From Pecten maximus (Eukaryota): 64,000 nt of DNA. Position numbers and translations under genes: made by a program. The stretch lies in NCBI RefSeq assembly GCF_902652985.1, contig NC_047024.1, positions 29,450,001-29,514,000 of the forward strand. Direction: 5' to 3'. The notes under the pieces were generated by a model. The model saw only the letters and a list, made by a program, of their open reading frames with translations. It did no database searches and was not told the DNA's origin. Numbering within the stretch: the stretch's first letter is position 1; each line of letters begins with the position of its first letter. Shown in pieces: positions 1 through 15,200 of the stretch.

Positions 1-113
1 GAAAATAGTAGCAAATAGAATTGATTGAAAATACCATTTAGAGCACAAAAGAATTAATGTTTAAGTACCGAGCACAATTCCCTTATAGAAAGGTACAAAT
101 TAAATGTCCATAC

Positions 114-256
114 CTTTACTACTGGTGAAGAGGAGATCCTCCGTAGCATCCACACAGAGGATAGCCTTGGTGTGTCCCTCAGCTGTGTGTGTACACACTA
201 CTGGGGTGACCTTGCTTGGTGCCGCAATCCGACCGTTGTTAGGTACAATACTTCCC
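114..256 (-). CDS. KIF21: KIF21 exon, start of WD40 domain (…[28 protein letters not shown])
   Basis: accag acceptor and gtatgg donor; 143 nt, phase 2 to 1; GH-containing first WD40 repeat. Confidence 0.95.
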
Positions 257-3200
257 CTGGTAACAAAACATAAGACTGCTATAGAGTGGTATCAGGGGTG
301 AAATACTTACTGGAATCATACTTTTCCTGTGAGACTCAATTTTGAGAGCTAAGTATGTTTTTCAGTACTGTATATAGGAAAACATTTCAAAATGACTTTC
401 AGGATGCAGACTTATGAAAACCTCTCTGACACCTAGCTTCATAAAACTTTTTACAGTAATTTACATAGCAATATGAAGCTAAATCAGCCGATCAAGTCAT
501 GTGGAAAAGACATATTGTAATTGTGAGGAAGTATATTCACCTAAAAGTTCTCAAAAGTTTATGATGTAATGTAGAAGGTAATCTGATTGTTTTGTTCAGG
601 GACTTTTTTTAATCTCTCTTAGCAGAAAAAGTCATCGGAAGTTAATGAAGTATATCTGACTGTCTGAGTTAATAAAACAATTTATTTGATTGGCTGATAA
701 TACTTGTGTAGATGTGTCTGATTGGTTGATAATACTTGTGTAGATGTGTCTGATTGGTTGATCTTACCTATTTGGAGGATTGATGGAGGGAGGCTGGGTA
801 TTACTGGTGAGGCGGGAGAAGACATTGTCCCCTGTGTTTCTGGCTGCTCGGCGCGTTGATGTAGGTGAGGACGGTGGGGTTGTGTCTGAGGAGGTTGTGT
901 CTCTGTAACAATAGAAAGATAAACATCCATCATAAGCAGCAGTCTTTTAAATTTTACCCAGTCAAGTTTAAATACGTTTTCCTAAAAGGAAAGATAAAAC
1001 CAGTATTTTCCCCAGTTTGTTCATAGCACACAATAGATGATATGGTAATTCTACACAAACATGGTTTTAGGCAAAGCAAAGTGAGTTTATTTCTTCACCT
1101 CGAAAAGTAAAACTTTTACAAAAGTTCAAGGAACAGTCTAAGTAGAAACCTCATTAATGACAGGCTTACATATTCATAAAATACATGAAACACTAAACTG
1201 TATGACATTCATTAATCTTCATTTTTGGCATATGATAGACAACTTTTATTAGTAAGACAGTGATTAAGAGCATCGGTATATCATATTTAAAGTATAGAAC
1301 CTTGCAGGAATTCAAGACATTTACATAGCTTTTATTGAAAATATATTGAGTACATGAGCTACAATTTTCTTCCATCAATTAAAAAAAAATATCAAAAAAA
1401 CTCCCAAACCACAGAAAAACAAATACCAGGTAAGGGAGATAACCCTGCTCGCCTTCATGCAGTAAAAATATTTCTTTATCTGTAAAAGGTTAACAAGGCA
1501 TAACAAGCGATACAAATCTTCCTGCATGCCCTGTATACCTGCTGAACTATCCTTCTTTAACCCATATATACAAAGTTATAATGAAAACTTGTTAGAGGAA
1601 TATATTCATAAATGACCAATGTATGAAGTTTGATTGAAATCTGGTTCAAAATGAAGTCGCGAGTGCTGGTTAAAGGTGAACGTGTACATGTACAAATACA
1701 TGTATAATTAGAATGATATACCCCCATCTTCCTGTACTTTTTCGCGAAGGGATAATAAAGTGTATGCTGTTACTCATCCAAATGACCTAATAAGATTGAG
1801 TTGGAAAAAATATGTAAAAACAAACAAAGGACTCGTCTGAAAATTAATTGGGGCTAAATGTGATTGTGACTCATTTTAACCAAACTACTAGTATTGTGTG
1901 CAATTGTTTATCCATACACAAGATTCTAGAATCAGGACAAAAGTCTTGTGTACTGGGCATGTAAGCAAATTGGTCATCACCAATCCAAATGGTCCAATTA
2001 GTGCTGAATCACCAAAACTAGATATATCATAAATATACTGGTATATACAAGACAACAATCATGTGTGCCGACAGGGAGATTAATTATGAACTGGTTTCAG
2101 ATTACTCAACCACAGACTTTGGTATCTTGTATGTAATCAGTAAGAAGTCAATTCAATTCCCAAAATTACAGAAAAAATTATTGTTCAATTTATACAATTT
2201 TTTTTACATTTTTACCTTTCATAACATAACCACAGCATGGATTGGAGTAAACATTCTGTAAAGACCTACATCTCAAAGTTTTGTGCCATAGAAATAAGTT
2301 TTAACAAAAAACATATTACATAAACTGTCAATGTCAACACCAATCATAACTTAAAGGTTTGTATTTGTAGTCAATATGAAATACTGATATATAAAAGTTT
2401 TCTTTTTTTTCTCATCTCCATTCATATAATATTAATGACTTAACAAGCCATTTATTAAAACATGTGTATATATACATGTTTAAACCTTACATAAATGTCC
2501 TTGGATTTTGAACATACTATAAATTAAGCTACAAAATGTAAATTTTCCACTGGCATGCCATAGATAATTTATTGATACCTATAAGAAAATGAGATCTCTA
2601 GCTCTTATCATTCCCAGGACAATACAGTCGACTTTCTCACACCGAATTGCCTTTTGTTGTTAACTGACCAATCGGTGAAATTCTGCACTTACTGACCTTT
2701 CCTACCAACTAATTAATTACTTACAGTTTATATTGGTCTCTAAGGTATAAACTCACACCACATTTTTCTGTTCACACTGGAAAAAGCTGCAGTATGTAGC
2801 AATTCTAAATAATAACTTGTTTTAATTTCTGTTTTATATTGTACAGGAATACAATCATCAGAGTTGGGAGGTAGATTCTACACTCCAAGGTGTGCTTGTG
2901 TGAGAGAGGGTAAAAGGCCAATCTCATTCTCACCAACACTTTCAGGAGTAACTGTACTCCTATAAATGTTACATGGATCTGAATCCTTCCACTGTACTGT
3001 ATCATTTTCTTTTTTTTCTACTCGAAGTATCAAGAATTAGAATCTGCGGTATGACAAGTAGTGTTTTCTGAATCTGACAATGGATTATAATTAGAGTAAT
3101 ATAGTATTTATGTGGTCAATTATAGTAATTATTGGAAAATGTTAAAATGTTTTCTTTTTTCATATATCATCAGGTTAAATGTATGGCAAACCACTCAATA

Positions 3201-6200
3201 ATATTGATGTTTTTTCTCAGAGCACTGCGAGATGGGAATTTGAACAACTGGCAAGACAGAATGTATTGGACATAAAAAAAAAACAAAAAAAAACAACTGT
3301 ACAGCTATTTAAATCATTTACATATTGTCGAAATGATATGAAAATCATACAGCATATGAATTTAACATTTGACACATAAATAGATAGCTGATAGTCTGTA
3401 AGGCTTAATGAGTATCTAACCATCTGTCCATTTAAAGGAGTCACCATGCATGTAGCTTAATTCATCCAGATAGGATCTTAAGAAGTTTATCAGATTCAGT
3501 TAACAGTAAACAGTTTTAATCATAGGACTGGATACAATACCTATTCTGATAAATCATTTAAAATTAGCCTATACCTTATAACTACCAAACCAAACCTTTG
3601 TGTATAACAAGTACCTTGGTGCAACTCTAAAGTATACAAACATCCTAGGTCATTCGTACATATATACACGAATCATTTATTGCCATTGGCTCCTTCTTTA
3701 AGATAAAGATTTTTTTTACTGTAAGATAAAGCTGCCTATCATTTCCACTGTCTATATCTTAATGGAAATTTAACAAAATGGGACAGGAAAATCATTATAA
3801 AGGATGACAAAACTTGAAACTGAGGCAAAATATAATATCATAATTCATCCAAGGTCAGGTAACCATGGGAGGCAAGATGGATAAGCTTGCAAAAAAGTGG
3901 AACCAAGGGAGACAATACCTTAGGTCAGGGTTAGGTGGAATCAAGGTAGATAAAAAATACCCTTCAGGATAAGAGAACAGGAAGTGGAACCAAGGGAGAC
4001 AATGCCTTAGGAGGGTTACACAGAATCAAGAAATGTAATGCCTTTTTTTTGCGGCTGGGGTGGCAGATTAAAGGGGGAGGCAATATCTTAGAAGAAAACA
4101 TAGAATCAAGAGACTTGGACAATATCCTTCTGTAGAAAAGATTGTAAGAACCCATAGAATCAATGTTCTTTGAATTGATAGCAAATTATGTCCTTTGAAA
4201 AAGAGACTATGTCCTTGGAGGGAATAAGCAGAAATAATGCTCTGGACTATGTCCTTGGAGGGAATAAGCAGAAATAATACTCTGGAAGTGGTAATGCTCC
4301 CCGATACTAAAACCACCACCTATGTGATATACCTGTAGTTATGCCTCAACATTAGATTATACTCTGCACTTTTTGGTCGCTCTTTCAGAATCACTTTCTC
4401 TAAAAGTGAATTACCAAACTTTCTTTCAGGGAATTTTGGTAACTCTCCACTGTCACATGGTTTTCTGTCAAGGGAAGATAACTCTCCGCTGTAACATGAT
4501 TTTCTGTCCAGAAAGTATATTCTAATCAGCTGAAACTGGCCTTGAGAGGCAATGTTGTTATTAGTCCTCAAGTGATATTGTAAATAAATACACTTATATG
4601 ATTAAGGAATCTCAATGGATTGAATTTTAATATGCAAGCCAATATGAGGTGATTCAATTGATTTTTTCACTCTGAAAAATATCTTTTAGAGTTTACCATA
4701 CATTTGTTGTCTATATGCATAAGGTATTTACCTTTACAACCTATATCAATATCTCTGATTCTTTCTGATCAAATGAAAATGAAACAATCACCAAGAATCA
4801 GCATGGTTAATATCCAGAGTATAATCAAAACATTATATTGACCCACTTAAAATATAATCACTGTGTACAGTTTTGCCGTGGGTTTAATATTGAGCCAGAC
4901 CCCACACGAGTGTTAAGGTTCCCAAATCAGCTCCCTTAGGGAAGGAAATCCCTGCAGTTACTGTCCCATCAAGTGTCATTAGCGTGTGTAGGTTTACTGC
5001 CCAGGAACTGTGTGAATTGTCGCAGTGAGCTATCAACATATTGATCAATGCTATCACAGATATTATACAATGCCTGACCTTTTCCCTGTATTGAATTCCT
5101 ATGTTCTGGACGGTTTCTTTATTGTTATTTTATTACGAGTTGATACTAAAATCAAAACACTATATACAAAATATCTTAACAGTTTTGTTTTCATTTCCAA
5201 TAGTTACTTCACTACCTTGTATGTAACAGTTGTGGTTTCCTGAGGCTTCGTTATTTATTTTCTTATAAATCATCATGTTAGCAGAAATATATTTAATTAT
5301 CCACTTGATGAAATTACCACCCAGTGAGTCTTGTATAGTCCTATAACTTTTGATTATATACCTGTAATAGGATTGAGTAATTAAAATAATCCTACCCTAG
5401 CTGAGGCGTGAACTCCCTCTCAGTTGAGGATACCAAGTACCACCTCGGTTAAATGGGAAATTCCCCACAACCTGAGTTAGTGTGACAACTTTTAATGCTC
5501 TGCAAGTTTCAATAACTATGCAACTTTGTAAAACAGAGTGACATAAATTAAATCAAATATCCAATATAAATAGAGGTGAGAACAGAGAAAAACTAGAAAA
5601 TGTCTAAGACATAAATGTCCTCGCTGCCACTTGACACCCCGAAACATAGTTTGGTAAAGATCGCATCAGCAGTGCCTGAGATTAGCCTAGTTACATTGCA
5701 TTGGGACGGGAGGGACATGGGTTGGGACGGGAGGGACATGGGTTGGGACGGGAGGGACATGGGTAACACTATATATACCCCCCATTTCATGGCAGGGACA
5801 TAAATATTCCAGTAAGTAGATTCAGTGTCAAAACAACCGAAACCCATATTATGTAATGTTGTTTGAAAATTTGATCTATCAGGGAATGTGTACTTTGTAC
5901 ATGTACCTCTAACCTATTGAGGCAGTCGGAGAAAAAATTGGTGAGAATTTTATTTGACAGAGAAACAGTCAACGGTATTGATGACCATTGTGATTTACAT
6001 TGAGCAATTATTGTCACATCTTAATCCCAGCACACCAAACAAACTGAATACATTTACCGGGATTAATCAATACATGTACCTGTTTATACCCAGGTGTAAA
6101 AGAAACTTTATTAGGTGTATGGAACTATCACCACACTTTGATCTGATAGTTGGTGGTGTGGGGGCTTCAATAACAGGTGTACATCTCTCCGGTCACCATT

Positions 6201-9200
6201 AAGTAAACTGCTTATAGTCATAGTACTAAAGTCAGCTGACTCAATTGTCTACGTATGGAAATACCACCAATCCCATCTCTCCCTATCAGGTAAGTTTCAA
6301 CATTATTTCCACCTCATTTTATTCATCCTATACAAGATTTGTACAGTAATTTCAAAACTTAATTAAGCTGTATGGTTATTTTAGAGAATTAATGTACGCA
6401 TTATTTTGTTTTCCTATGTCATTGTCAATATAATGACAATATACTTTTTTCCAATAAATCAAAAGCTTTAGAACATACTGAAAATGAAGACATGTTGCAG
6501 GAGGATCCTATTTTGCATAAAGCCTTGTAATGATCATGTCGATGTTCTGACTGAAGTACAGGAATGAATATTTGTCTACTAAGCACTTTGAGTGTACAAA
6601 ACAACGCTTTCATAACAATAATATAGCTTCCTTTACGCTTTAAAAATTCCAATTCCAAAGTACCAGTATGACAAAAACGGGCATATTCTCTTGATATTGT
6701 CTAACATTTGATTAATTTACCTAACTATATATCTGACAGAATGACTTTGTAAAATATAAATGCATTTTGGGATCAAATTCTTTCTCTATTTATGAATTTG
6801 TTTGAAGATTTGTTCATGCAGATAGCTGATACTTGAAAATTATGCATTAATTGTAATTACATGAAAGGTGGAGTGTCTATATAACACACCATGTATATTT
6901 TAAGTGTCTATATAACACACCATGTATATTTTAAGTGTCTATATAACACACCATGTATATTTTAAGTGTCTATATAACACACCATGTATATTTTAAGTGT
7001 CTATATAACACACCATGTATATTTTAAGTGTCTATATAACACACCATGTATATTTTAAGTGTCTATATAACACACCATGTATATTTTAAGTGTCTATAAA
7101 CCACACCGTGTATATTTTAAGTGTCTATATATAACACACCATGTATATTTTAAGTGTCTATTAAAACCACACCGTGTATATTTTAAGTGTCTATATAACA
7201 CACCATGTATATTTTAAGTGTCTATTAAAACCACACCATGTATATTTTAAGTGTCTATATAACACACGATGTATATTTTAAGTGTATGTTGTCCACAAAG
7301 ATCTATCAAATTATGTCAAGGAATCTTTATATCAAACATTTTATTCTAACTCCAATGGATGAAAGATATAGCAATTTAGTATGTATATATAACTTACAAC
7401 AAAAAACTCCAATTATGCCAAAATATTAAAATTATATAATATGAAGCAGATATTTTCCAATTTTTAAGTAAATCTAAAAAAAAATTTAATGTGTATTCAT
7501 CATTTTTTGAATTTCAACATTTATAGTAGTATAGTTAAGATACTTAGTTTGCTTATAACTTCTGAAAACTGCATCAGGTCTAAGCAGGGCACTACATGGA
7601 CTACAATTCTGTCAGGTCTCAGTGAGGACACTATACGGACTACAATTCTGTCAGGTCTCAGTAGGACACTATACGGACTACAATTCTGTCAGGTCTCAGT
7701 AGGACACTATACGGACTACAATTCTGTCAGGTCTCAGTGAGGACACTATACGGACTACAACTCTGTCAGGTCTCAGTGAGGACACTTTACGGACTACAAT
7801 TCTGTCAGGTCTCAGTGAGGACACTATACGGACTACAATTCTGTCAGGTCTCAGTAGGACACTATACGGACTACAATTCTGTCAGGTCTCAGTGAGGACA
7901 CTTTACGGACTACAATTCTGTCAGGTCTCAGTGAGGACACTTTACGGACTACAATTCTGTCAGGTCTCAGTGAGGACACTATACGGACTACAATTCTGTC
8001 AGGTCTCAGTGAGGACACTTTACGGACTACAATTCTGTCAGGTCTCAGTAGGACACTTTACGGACTACAATTCTGTCAGGTCTCAGTGAGGACACTATAC
8101 GGACTACAATTCTGTCAGGTCTCAGTGAGGACACTATACGGACTACAATTCTGTCAGGTCTCAGTAGGACACTTTACGGACTACAATTCTGTCAGGTCTC
8201 AGTGAGGACACTACACGGACTACAATTCTGTCAGGTCTCAGTAGGACACTATACAGACTACAATTCTGTCAGGTCTCAGTGAGGACACTTTACGGACTAC
8301 AATTCTGTCAGGTCTCAGTGAGGACACTATACGGACTACAATTCTGTTAGGTCTCAGTGAGGACACTATACGGACTACAATTCTGTCAGGTCTCAGTAGG
8401 ACACTATACGGACTACAATTCTGTTAGGTCTCAGTGAGGACACTATACGGACTACAATTCTGTCAGGTCTCAGTAGGACACTATACGGACTACAATTCTG
8501 TCAGGTCTCAGTGAGGACACTTTATGGACTACAATTCTGTCAGGTCTCAGTGAGGACACTTTACGGACTACAATTCTGTCAGGTCTCAGTGAGGACACTA
8601 TACGGACTACAATTCTGTCAGGTCTCAGTGAGGACACTTTACGAACTAATATTCTGTCAGGTCACAGTAGGACACTATACGGACTACAATTCTGTCAGGT
8701 CTCAGTGAGGACACTATACAGACTACAATTCTGTCAGGTCTCAGTGAGGACACTTTACGGACTACAATTCTGTCAGGTCTCAGTGAGGACACTTTACGAA
8801 CTACAATTCTGTCAGGTCTCAGTGAGGACACTTTACGGACTACAATTCTGTCAGGTCTCAGTGAGGACACTACACGGACTACAATTCTGTCAGGTCTCAG
8901 TGAGGACACTTTACGAACTAATATTCTGTCAGGTCACAGTAGGACACTATACGGACTACAATTCTGTCAGGTCTCAGTGAGGACACTATACAGACTACAA
9001 TTCTGTCAGGTCTCAGTAAGACACTTTACGGACTACAATTCTGTCAGGTCTCAGTAAGACACTTTATGGACTACAATTCTGTCAGGTCTCAGTGAGGACA
9101 CTATACGGACTACAATTCTGTCAGGTCTCAGTGAGGACACTTTACGGACTACAATTCTGTCAGGTCTCAGTGAGGACACTTTACGAACTAATATTCTGTC

Positions 9201-12200
9201 AGGTCACAGTAGGACACTTTACGAACTACAATTCTGTATACGGTTTTGTAAAGCTGATAAACAAATTCCATCTATCAAATACATGGATGCAGCTCTGACC
9301 TACAAAATTATATCTATTGCTCTGATCTACTACAAAGTTTAATGTCTCACAATCTAAAACAAGCGTATTAATATTAAGCCCAGTGTCTTTTATTGGGTAG
9401 TAAAATACCCAAACTTTTCATCTAGAACACAGAATTTCATTTACCATAACCATGTTTCTAAGTACCAAAGTTTTCCATACGACAGTTTTAATTAGTTCTT
9501 ACAAGGACAGATCTTCCCCTGGAACTTACAATATCTGGTTACCAGAGGTAAAAAATAAAGCCATGTACGAATGATAGAAAATCTCAGTAGCTAAACCAGA
9601 ATCGCATACAGTCATTCTAATTAAGCATCTAATACTGGAATACAGATACATACTACAAACAACAAGGATGGATAGTATTGCAACAGCAATACAAAGTCCC
9701 CTGCCTGAGCTAGAAGTGCACCAATTCATTTCCAATTTTTTTTTTAAAAATGGTTTTTTCGAAAAAAAACAAATGTGGGATGCACAACTACATGTTATAC
9801 TGATCATGTATACCAAGTTTCGTTAAGATCGGAGTAGTACTTTAGGAGGAGTTGTCCGGACAACTATTGCGTGATAGACAGACAGACAGACAGACAGACG
9901 GGCGGAGGGTAAACCTATAGTCCCCCCCGTTTTTCAAACGGCAGGGGACTAATAAAGAAGGTAAGTCTGCAATATCCTTTTGAACAATATATCAGTTTAG
10001 ATTGACATTTGATATAACTACCATAAACCTCTGGTCAGTTCGAATTCGCGATAGTTCAAACTCTAGATTGTTTATAATTGACCCCATTGCGGTTAGTTCA
10101 AACATATCAATGGAAGAGTGTGAACCACAGGAACATTTATGGTGTGGAATGCATTGGATTCTATATATGTCAAGACCTGAGAAAAACATGTTTACCATGA
10201 AATAATAGCAAAGTCATTTAGATTATCTCAATGTGTTATATCTAAATACGTCATAAAAGTAGGAAGCATTTAAATTATACACCATTCACACAAACCCTCT
10301 AACACCTTTCCCTTGAAATGATATAACAGCTTATTTTCTACGTGTAATCTGCTTTGACTAAATGAAGTATTCAGAAATTTCTCCAACCAATCGTAAACTG
10401 TCTTCTAATGTCCCCAGACAATTCCAAACGTCAATATCACTTAAGTTACAATCAAGTGAGCCAAAAATAAAAAGTACAAGAAAAAATATTTATGGCAAAG
10501 TAATCATTTTCACTGGTCTACTGGGCGACCTCAGAATGTCTGCGGTACTGGTATGACGTGCTCCGTGTGTCGTATACAGAAGAAATGGCCTGAAAATACA
10601 TCTGTACATTATCAAATGTAAATGAAGAAAGGTATTTATTTAAAGTGAGTCGGGTAAACAGTGATATGATGTGTGTATTAGGTATTGTCAGGTACTGTCA
10701 GTCACGTTAGTAATCATGACTCTTCATGTATGCTGTCAAAAGGACATCACAATCTCATTTTTTACATAAAAGGGACATATTTAACCCACAACTGTGAGTA
10801 TTTTTTATTTAACTTCTGAGAGTACTTCCAAAATTGTGTCCAGTTTTTGTATACTAGACAAAAGGAAAGGTAGAACCTAAAATCTTGTCCAGTTACTAAT
10901 ATATATATAGACAACAGGGACGGGGTCGAGTATCCTCTTTGTACGCTGTCATGGTTCTTTTTAAAATTTCATTTTGCTACACACATAACACAGTCTCAAG
11001 CAATAGAGCATATATGTCCATAGATTGTTAGATAATTTAAACTAATGGTATGCAATTTGCTGTTAAATTTGAGACACACATTAAGATTTAAGATGATTTT
11101 ATTGAATAAAAACATTATAAAACTGTCAACTGTCAAATAATTTTTATAAAACACCTTCTCAGTAAAACAACCATAAAAAGTATCCCTGCTGAAAGCTATA
11201 AGCAAACTCATGTTAAATGACAAGCAATTGGTTTATGTATGTAGGTTACTCAATAGGATTTCCTTATAGTCCATTTTACCTAATGTTAATCTTCTACAAA
11301 TGATGGTATTAAAATTAATGTGATTAACTTCTGTCTGACACCCTGCAGAAGAAAACAGTTCTGCCAAAATAGCAGCTCAGCTCTTAAAATGCATTCAATT
11401 AAAACTAATTCATTTGAGAACTGATGGCAAATTCCATATCCAAAAGGTCTATTTAGTCATTCAACAAAGCATGTTATATACAGATTTTAATGATTTCTCT
11501 GGCCTACATAAAGGTAAGAAACGTCAATTCATTAATTATTATATAACTATGTCTTATAAAATATCAGAACTTTTATTTCTTGTCACAGAAATATCACCAA
11601 TCTGTATACCAAGGCCGAATCATGGTCTACATCAGTGTGTTTGAATTTATTGAATGATCACCATTTTTTCTTTCTCCACTGTAATCAATCAATTTCAAAA
11701 CACTTCAGCTTATATATAATAAATACTAAAATGCCTGACCACATACATGTACACCACTTCAATTTCACTCATTGTTGAACTACCACATCGTCACTCCTCA
11801 GATGAAATCTTTTTAATCAAAATCAGAGGGGTTATTTGAATGTCCTTTATGACAGACATCAGAGATACAGGAAAAATGTCACAAGCTTCCTGATTGGTCC
11901 ATCTATCAACAAGCAGACAAGCCCATAAGCCTATCACTATCTACAATCAGCAGGATACAGAATTTATTGAATTTTATAATTTGATAAAAGTCTATCCAGT
12001 AGACAATGAGTTCTGTTGGTAATGATTTTAATCATTTTCCGACTTTGACCATACAAAATTTAATGCTTAATTAACAATCAATTCTACCTACATATATAAT
12101 ACAATATCTCCTTGCCGTGCCATATACTGCATGTATGGTGTCCATGCAAATCAGCTAGTGAGATTTTTCAAAAGCGAATCTTTCTGGAATGAGGTCAGAT

Positions 12201-15200
12201 CTTACAACTACTATTTAGTTTAATGCCTGAATTGAAATCTCAAGATCATATTTGATTGAATATCAAACTTATCCATGTACGTGTTTTGGACATCAAGAAC
12301 TTGCTCCACAGGTAGGTACAAGGTTTTTACCTAGAAATCATTGCTACCTGCACCTTTCAGGAGTAGAAAGGTACATTATGTAGGTTAGAGTGCATTCTGT
12401 CCGTGTTACTGAATACTTACCTGTAATTAACAGGTAATCTTATAACACATACCGGTATATATATATCATTACATGGCATTCTCTCATGGGATATAATATT
12501 GGGCTAAACCTGGAGCATAGTGACACATATATACTAATCCAAGTTTAAAATGGGAGAAACAATTACATACGTTACAAAATAAATGTATAGTTCTTTCATA
12601 TATGTAGTAATTATAATGTAATGAATATAGAGTTTAGCCTTGTAATATGAATAAGAGGAATGAAAGAAATTGCAAATGAATTTCAAAATCATTTCTTTTT
12701 TCTAATACGCGAATGCGGACCAGACAGCTAAATTGGTTGTGTTATCTATGAGCAGTCGATCTCTGCTGACTTGAATGAGAAATTTACTTTGATTTATCTC
12801 AGATTTGAAAGGCAATGAATCAGTTTTACACATTTGTTTCTAGTGTACATAAGCCAACAGGTAAGTAATAGAAGATGTGATTGGAACAACACAGAAATTT
12901 TAAGATCCTCAATGATCGCCACGATCATGATTGAGTAAATGCATAAGAATCGGGAACACAAATCGAAATGTTAAGTATGCTTCATGGCGGTATGATACAC
13001 AATCATCTAGATTAAGTATCATGTATACGATTGTATTACAGACCAACAATCTACCATTTAAACCATCTTAGCCTATCAGCAATATTGTAATAAAACCCAA
13101 CCATTTATAACTACAGATAAATACAGTAAATATCCATCATTCACGAATAAAAAAAATATGAAAATACTCAACAGCTAAGTTTTATTGTTGATGTTGCAAT
13201 GATAAATTTGAAATGAAACAATAATTTCACATTATATAATCATCAAAGTTATCAAAAAAAATTGAAATATCATTATAAATACCCCCCACGGTCTTGTATC
13301 CTTGGTGGCTGTGATCATCTAATTAATGAGACAGCCAACCTAACAATATCTATTGTCAACAATTTTTTCCTAGTACCACCTAGTGGTAAATATTTTTTTC
13401 TCCAGAAATGTTTATCATTTATTCTCCTGTGTCTGATTTCAAATATAGCCTGGTAGTAGATTATGTTTGAGATAAATGTACTATGGGGCTGCTAAATTAA
13501 TCTCAATTGCACCTCCCCAGGTCAATTTCCTTGTTGGTCGGATTTGACCTTACCACCAAGTAAATCTACCCATGTCACTCAACGATAAAATAGGCAAAGG
13601 ACCCATACTGCTGCAAGGCTCTTTAAACAGTTAAACCAATAGCAATTTCCGTCCTCAAAATACCCTTGAAGGAATGTGTCTGCAAAATTGTATTTTGCTA
13701 TTTTTTTGTGTGTGTTGCCACAGGTATCCTTCTAAATGGCACACAGATAAGGTAGGCAGCCTTTGATGAAGTTGGATGTTTGTGGGCTAATCAATCAACA
13801 GGCAAGTGTTGTGGAGGAGGAATGACTTGTAGTAATGCAGGGAGTGTGTTCAATTTTACGACAGCAATGCAGTGTCTATGTAAGTACTGACCTATTGTGA
13901 TACTGCAGTCAATCTGGAAATTTCATTTTCAATTATCTTGATTTGCTTAACATCGCAATGAGATACTAGCTAGACTTTTCTTATATACAAATTAATTACG
14001 TATTTTGTGTTCAACTAAACAAGTCATAAATTTAAGTTGCAAAAGTTTTGTATCCATATGTTGTGAATGTTTTATAGTGATATTTAGCATTTCTTTACTG
14101 TCCTTAGCTAATTCTTGTTAATTACAAATTAGAATACCTGTATTTGTTAGGTTATTTACGGTAAATTTTATACCATCTTCTGTCCCTTTTTGTATTTTTT
14201 TAATTTCATTTTAAACTTTATTTACAGTTGATTTAAACATGTTTTCCTGAATCCAATGTGAACTGTGTCTTCCAAACATTTTATCGGTATTCAGATATTC
14301 AAGTTTCAAATTGTATATTTTATCTGGTCATCGGACATTTCCAAAGTACTAAAGCTGTAATCTCAATAGTTCCATTTTTATACAATCAACAAAACTTTTG
14401 AAAAATCTCTTAAGAATTCCATGATGAAAGCACTTTGTGTTCATCAAAAGGACTGTTCTTTGGATAGTCTTGTTTGTGTATCTCCATCAAAAGATGTTTG
14501 AACCTTCGTTTTGATGGCCTTTGTTCGTGCAAGTCCTTCCAAATGCTGACCTGCACTGCATGTCCTCTCCTCACACAAAAGGAGTCACGGAGAAGATGAC
14601 TGGAGAAACTCAGTAACGATTGACCTACCATCTTAAAACAGTTTCCACCTCATTACTTACCAACATGTTATTTGCTATTGATGATTTGTGAGATGAGGTG
14701 TGCGTGATTTTCCGTCAGGCAATCTTGTATAAGTTAAATATAGAATTCTGTCAGGTCCTCGCCTTACAACAGATATTGCTTGTCTTGATGTCAAAAGCCC
14801 TTCTGAGAAGACACCAAAGTGTCAGAATTAGTTTTCATTCTAAGTGAAGCTGCTCCTATCATAAATACTAGATTTTTCAATCATGTGTAAGAAGAGTGAT
14901 TATGGTATATGTAGCATTAAATCAATTTCAGATCAGGCTTTGTAGCACTGAAAATTTCAGATCAGGCTTTGTAGCATTGAAAATTTCAGCTATGTACAAT
15001 GACATTATATTTTAAGTTGCATATGTGAATATTTTCAAAATTTTTGAATTTTCCTATTTTTTTTTCTGTCTCCAGATCAGCTATGAGAATATAAAAGCAG
15101 CTTTCTGAAGAAACTTGGAACTGGGAAAAATGGAAAATAATTATATTAACACAACTGATTACCACAGAGACATTTTTATCAGCAGTAACTGACAAATTTA

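Noticed and set aside
682-933. ORF MMDVYL...[11 protein letters not shown] as the coding frame
   Set aside because: Wrong frame; the KIF21-homologous frame (PPSSP...NVFSRLT) is a different one within 768-902.
2693-2701. Possible 9-nt microexon GAAAGGTCA (minus)
   Set aside because: The acceptor lacks a pyrimidine tract and the exonic donor context is poor; plausibly chance.
7574-9237. CRISPR-like regular repeats (also 20207-21036 and 39924-42527)
   Set aside because: Units are head-to-tail with no unique spacers, there are no cas genes, and the context is a eukaryotic intron; these are minisatellites.
7489-9298. Repetitive ORFs ([13 protein letters not shown])n and their antisense equivalents
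   Set aside because: Artefacts of a 39-bp unit, broken by 38-bp units; no splice or compositional support.
12415-12438. Possible recursive splice site ttacag|gtaagt (minus) within a short palindrome
   Set aside because: The upstream tract is not pyrimidine-rich; it cannot be supported without nascent RNA-seq saw-tooth or lariat data.
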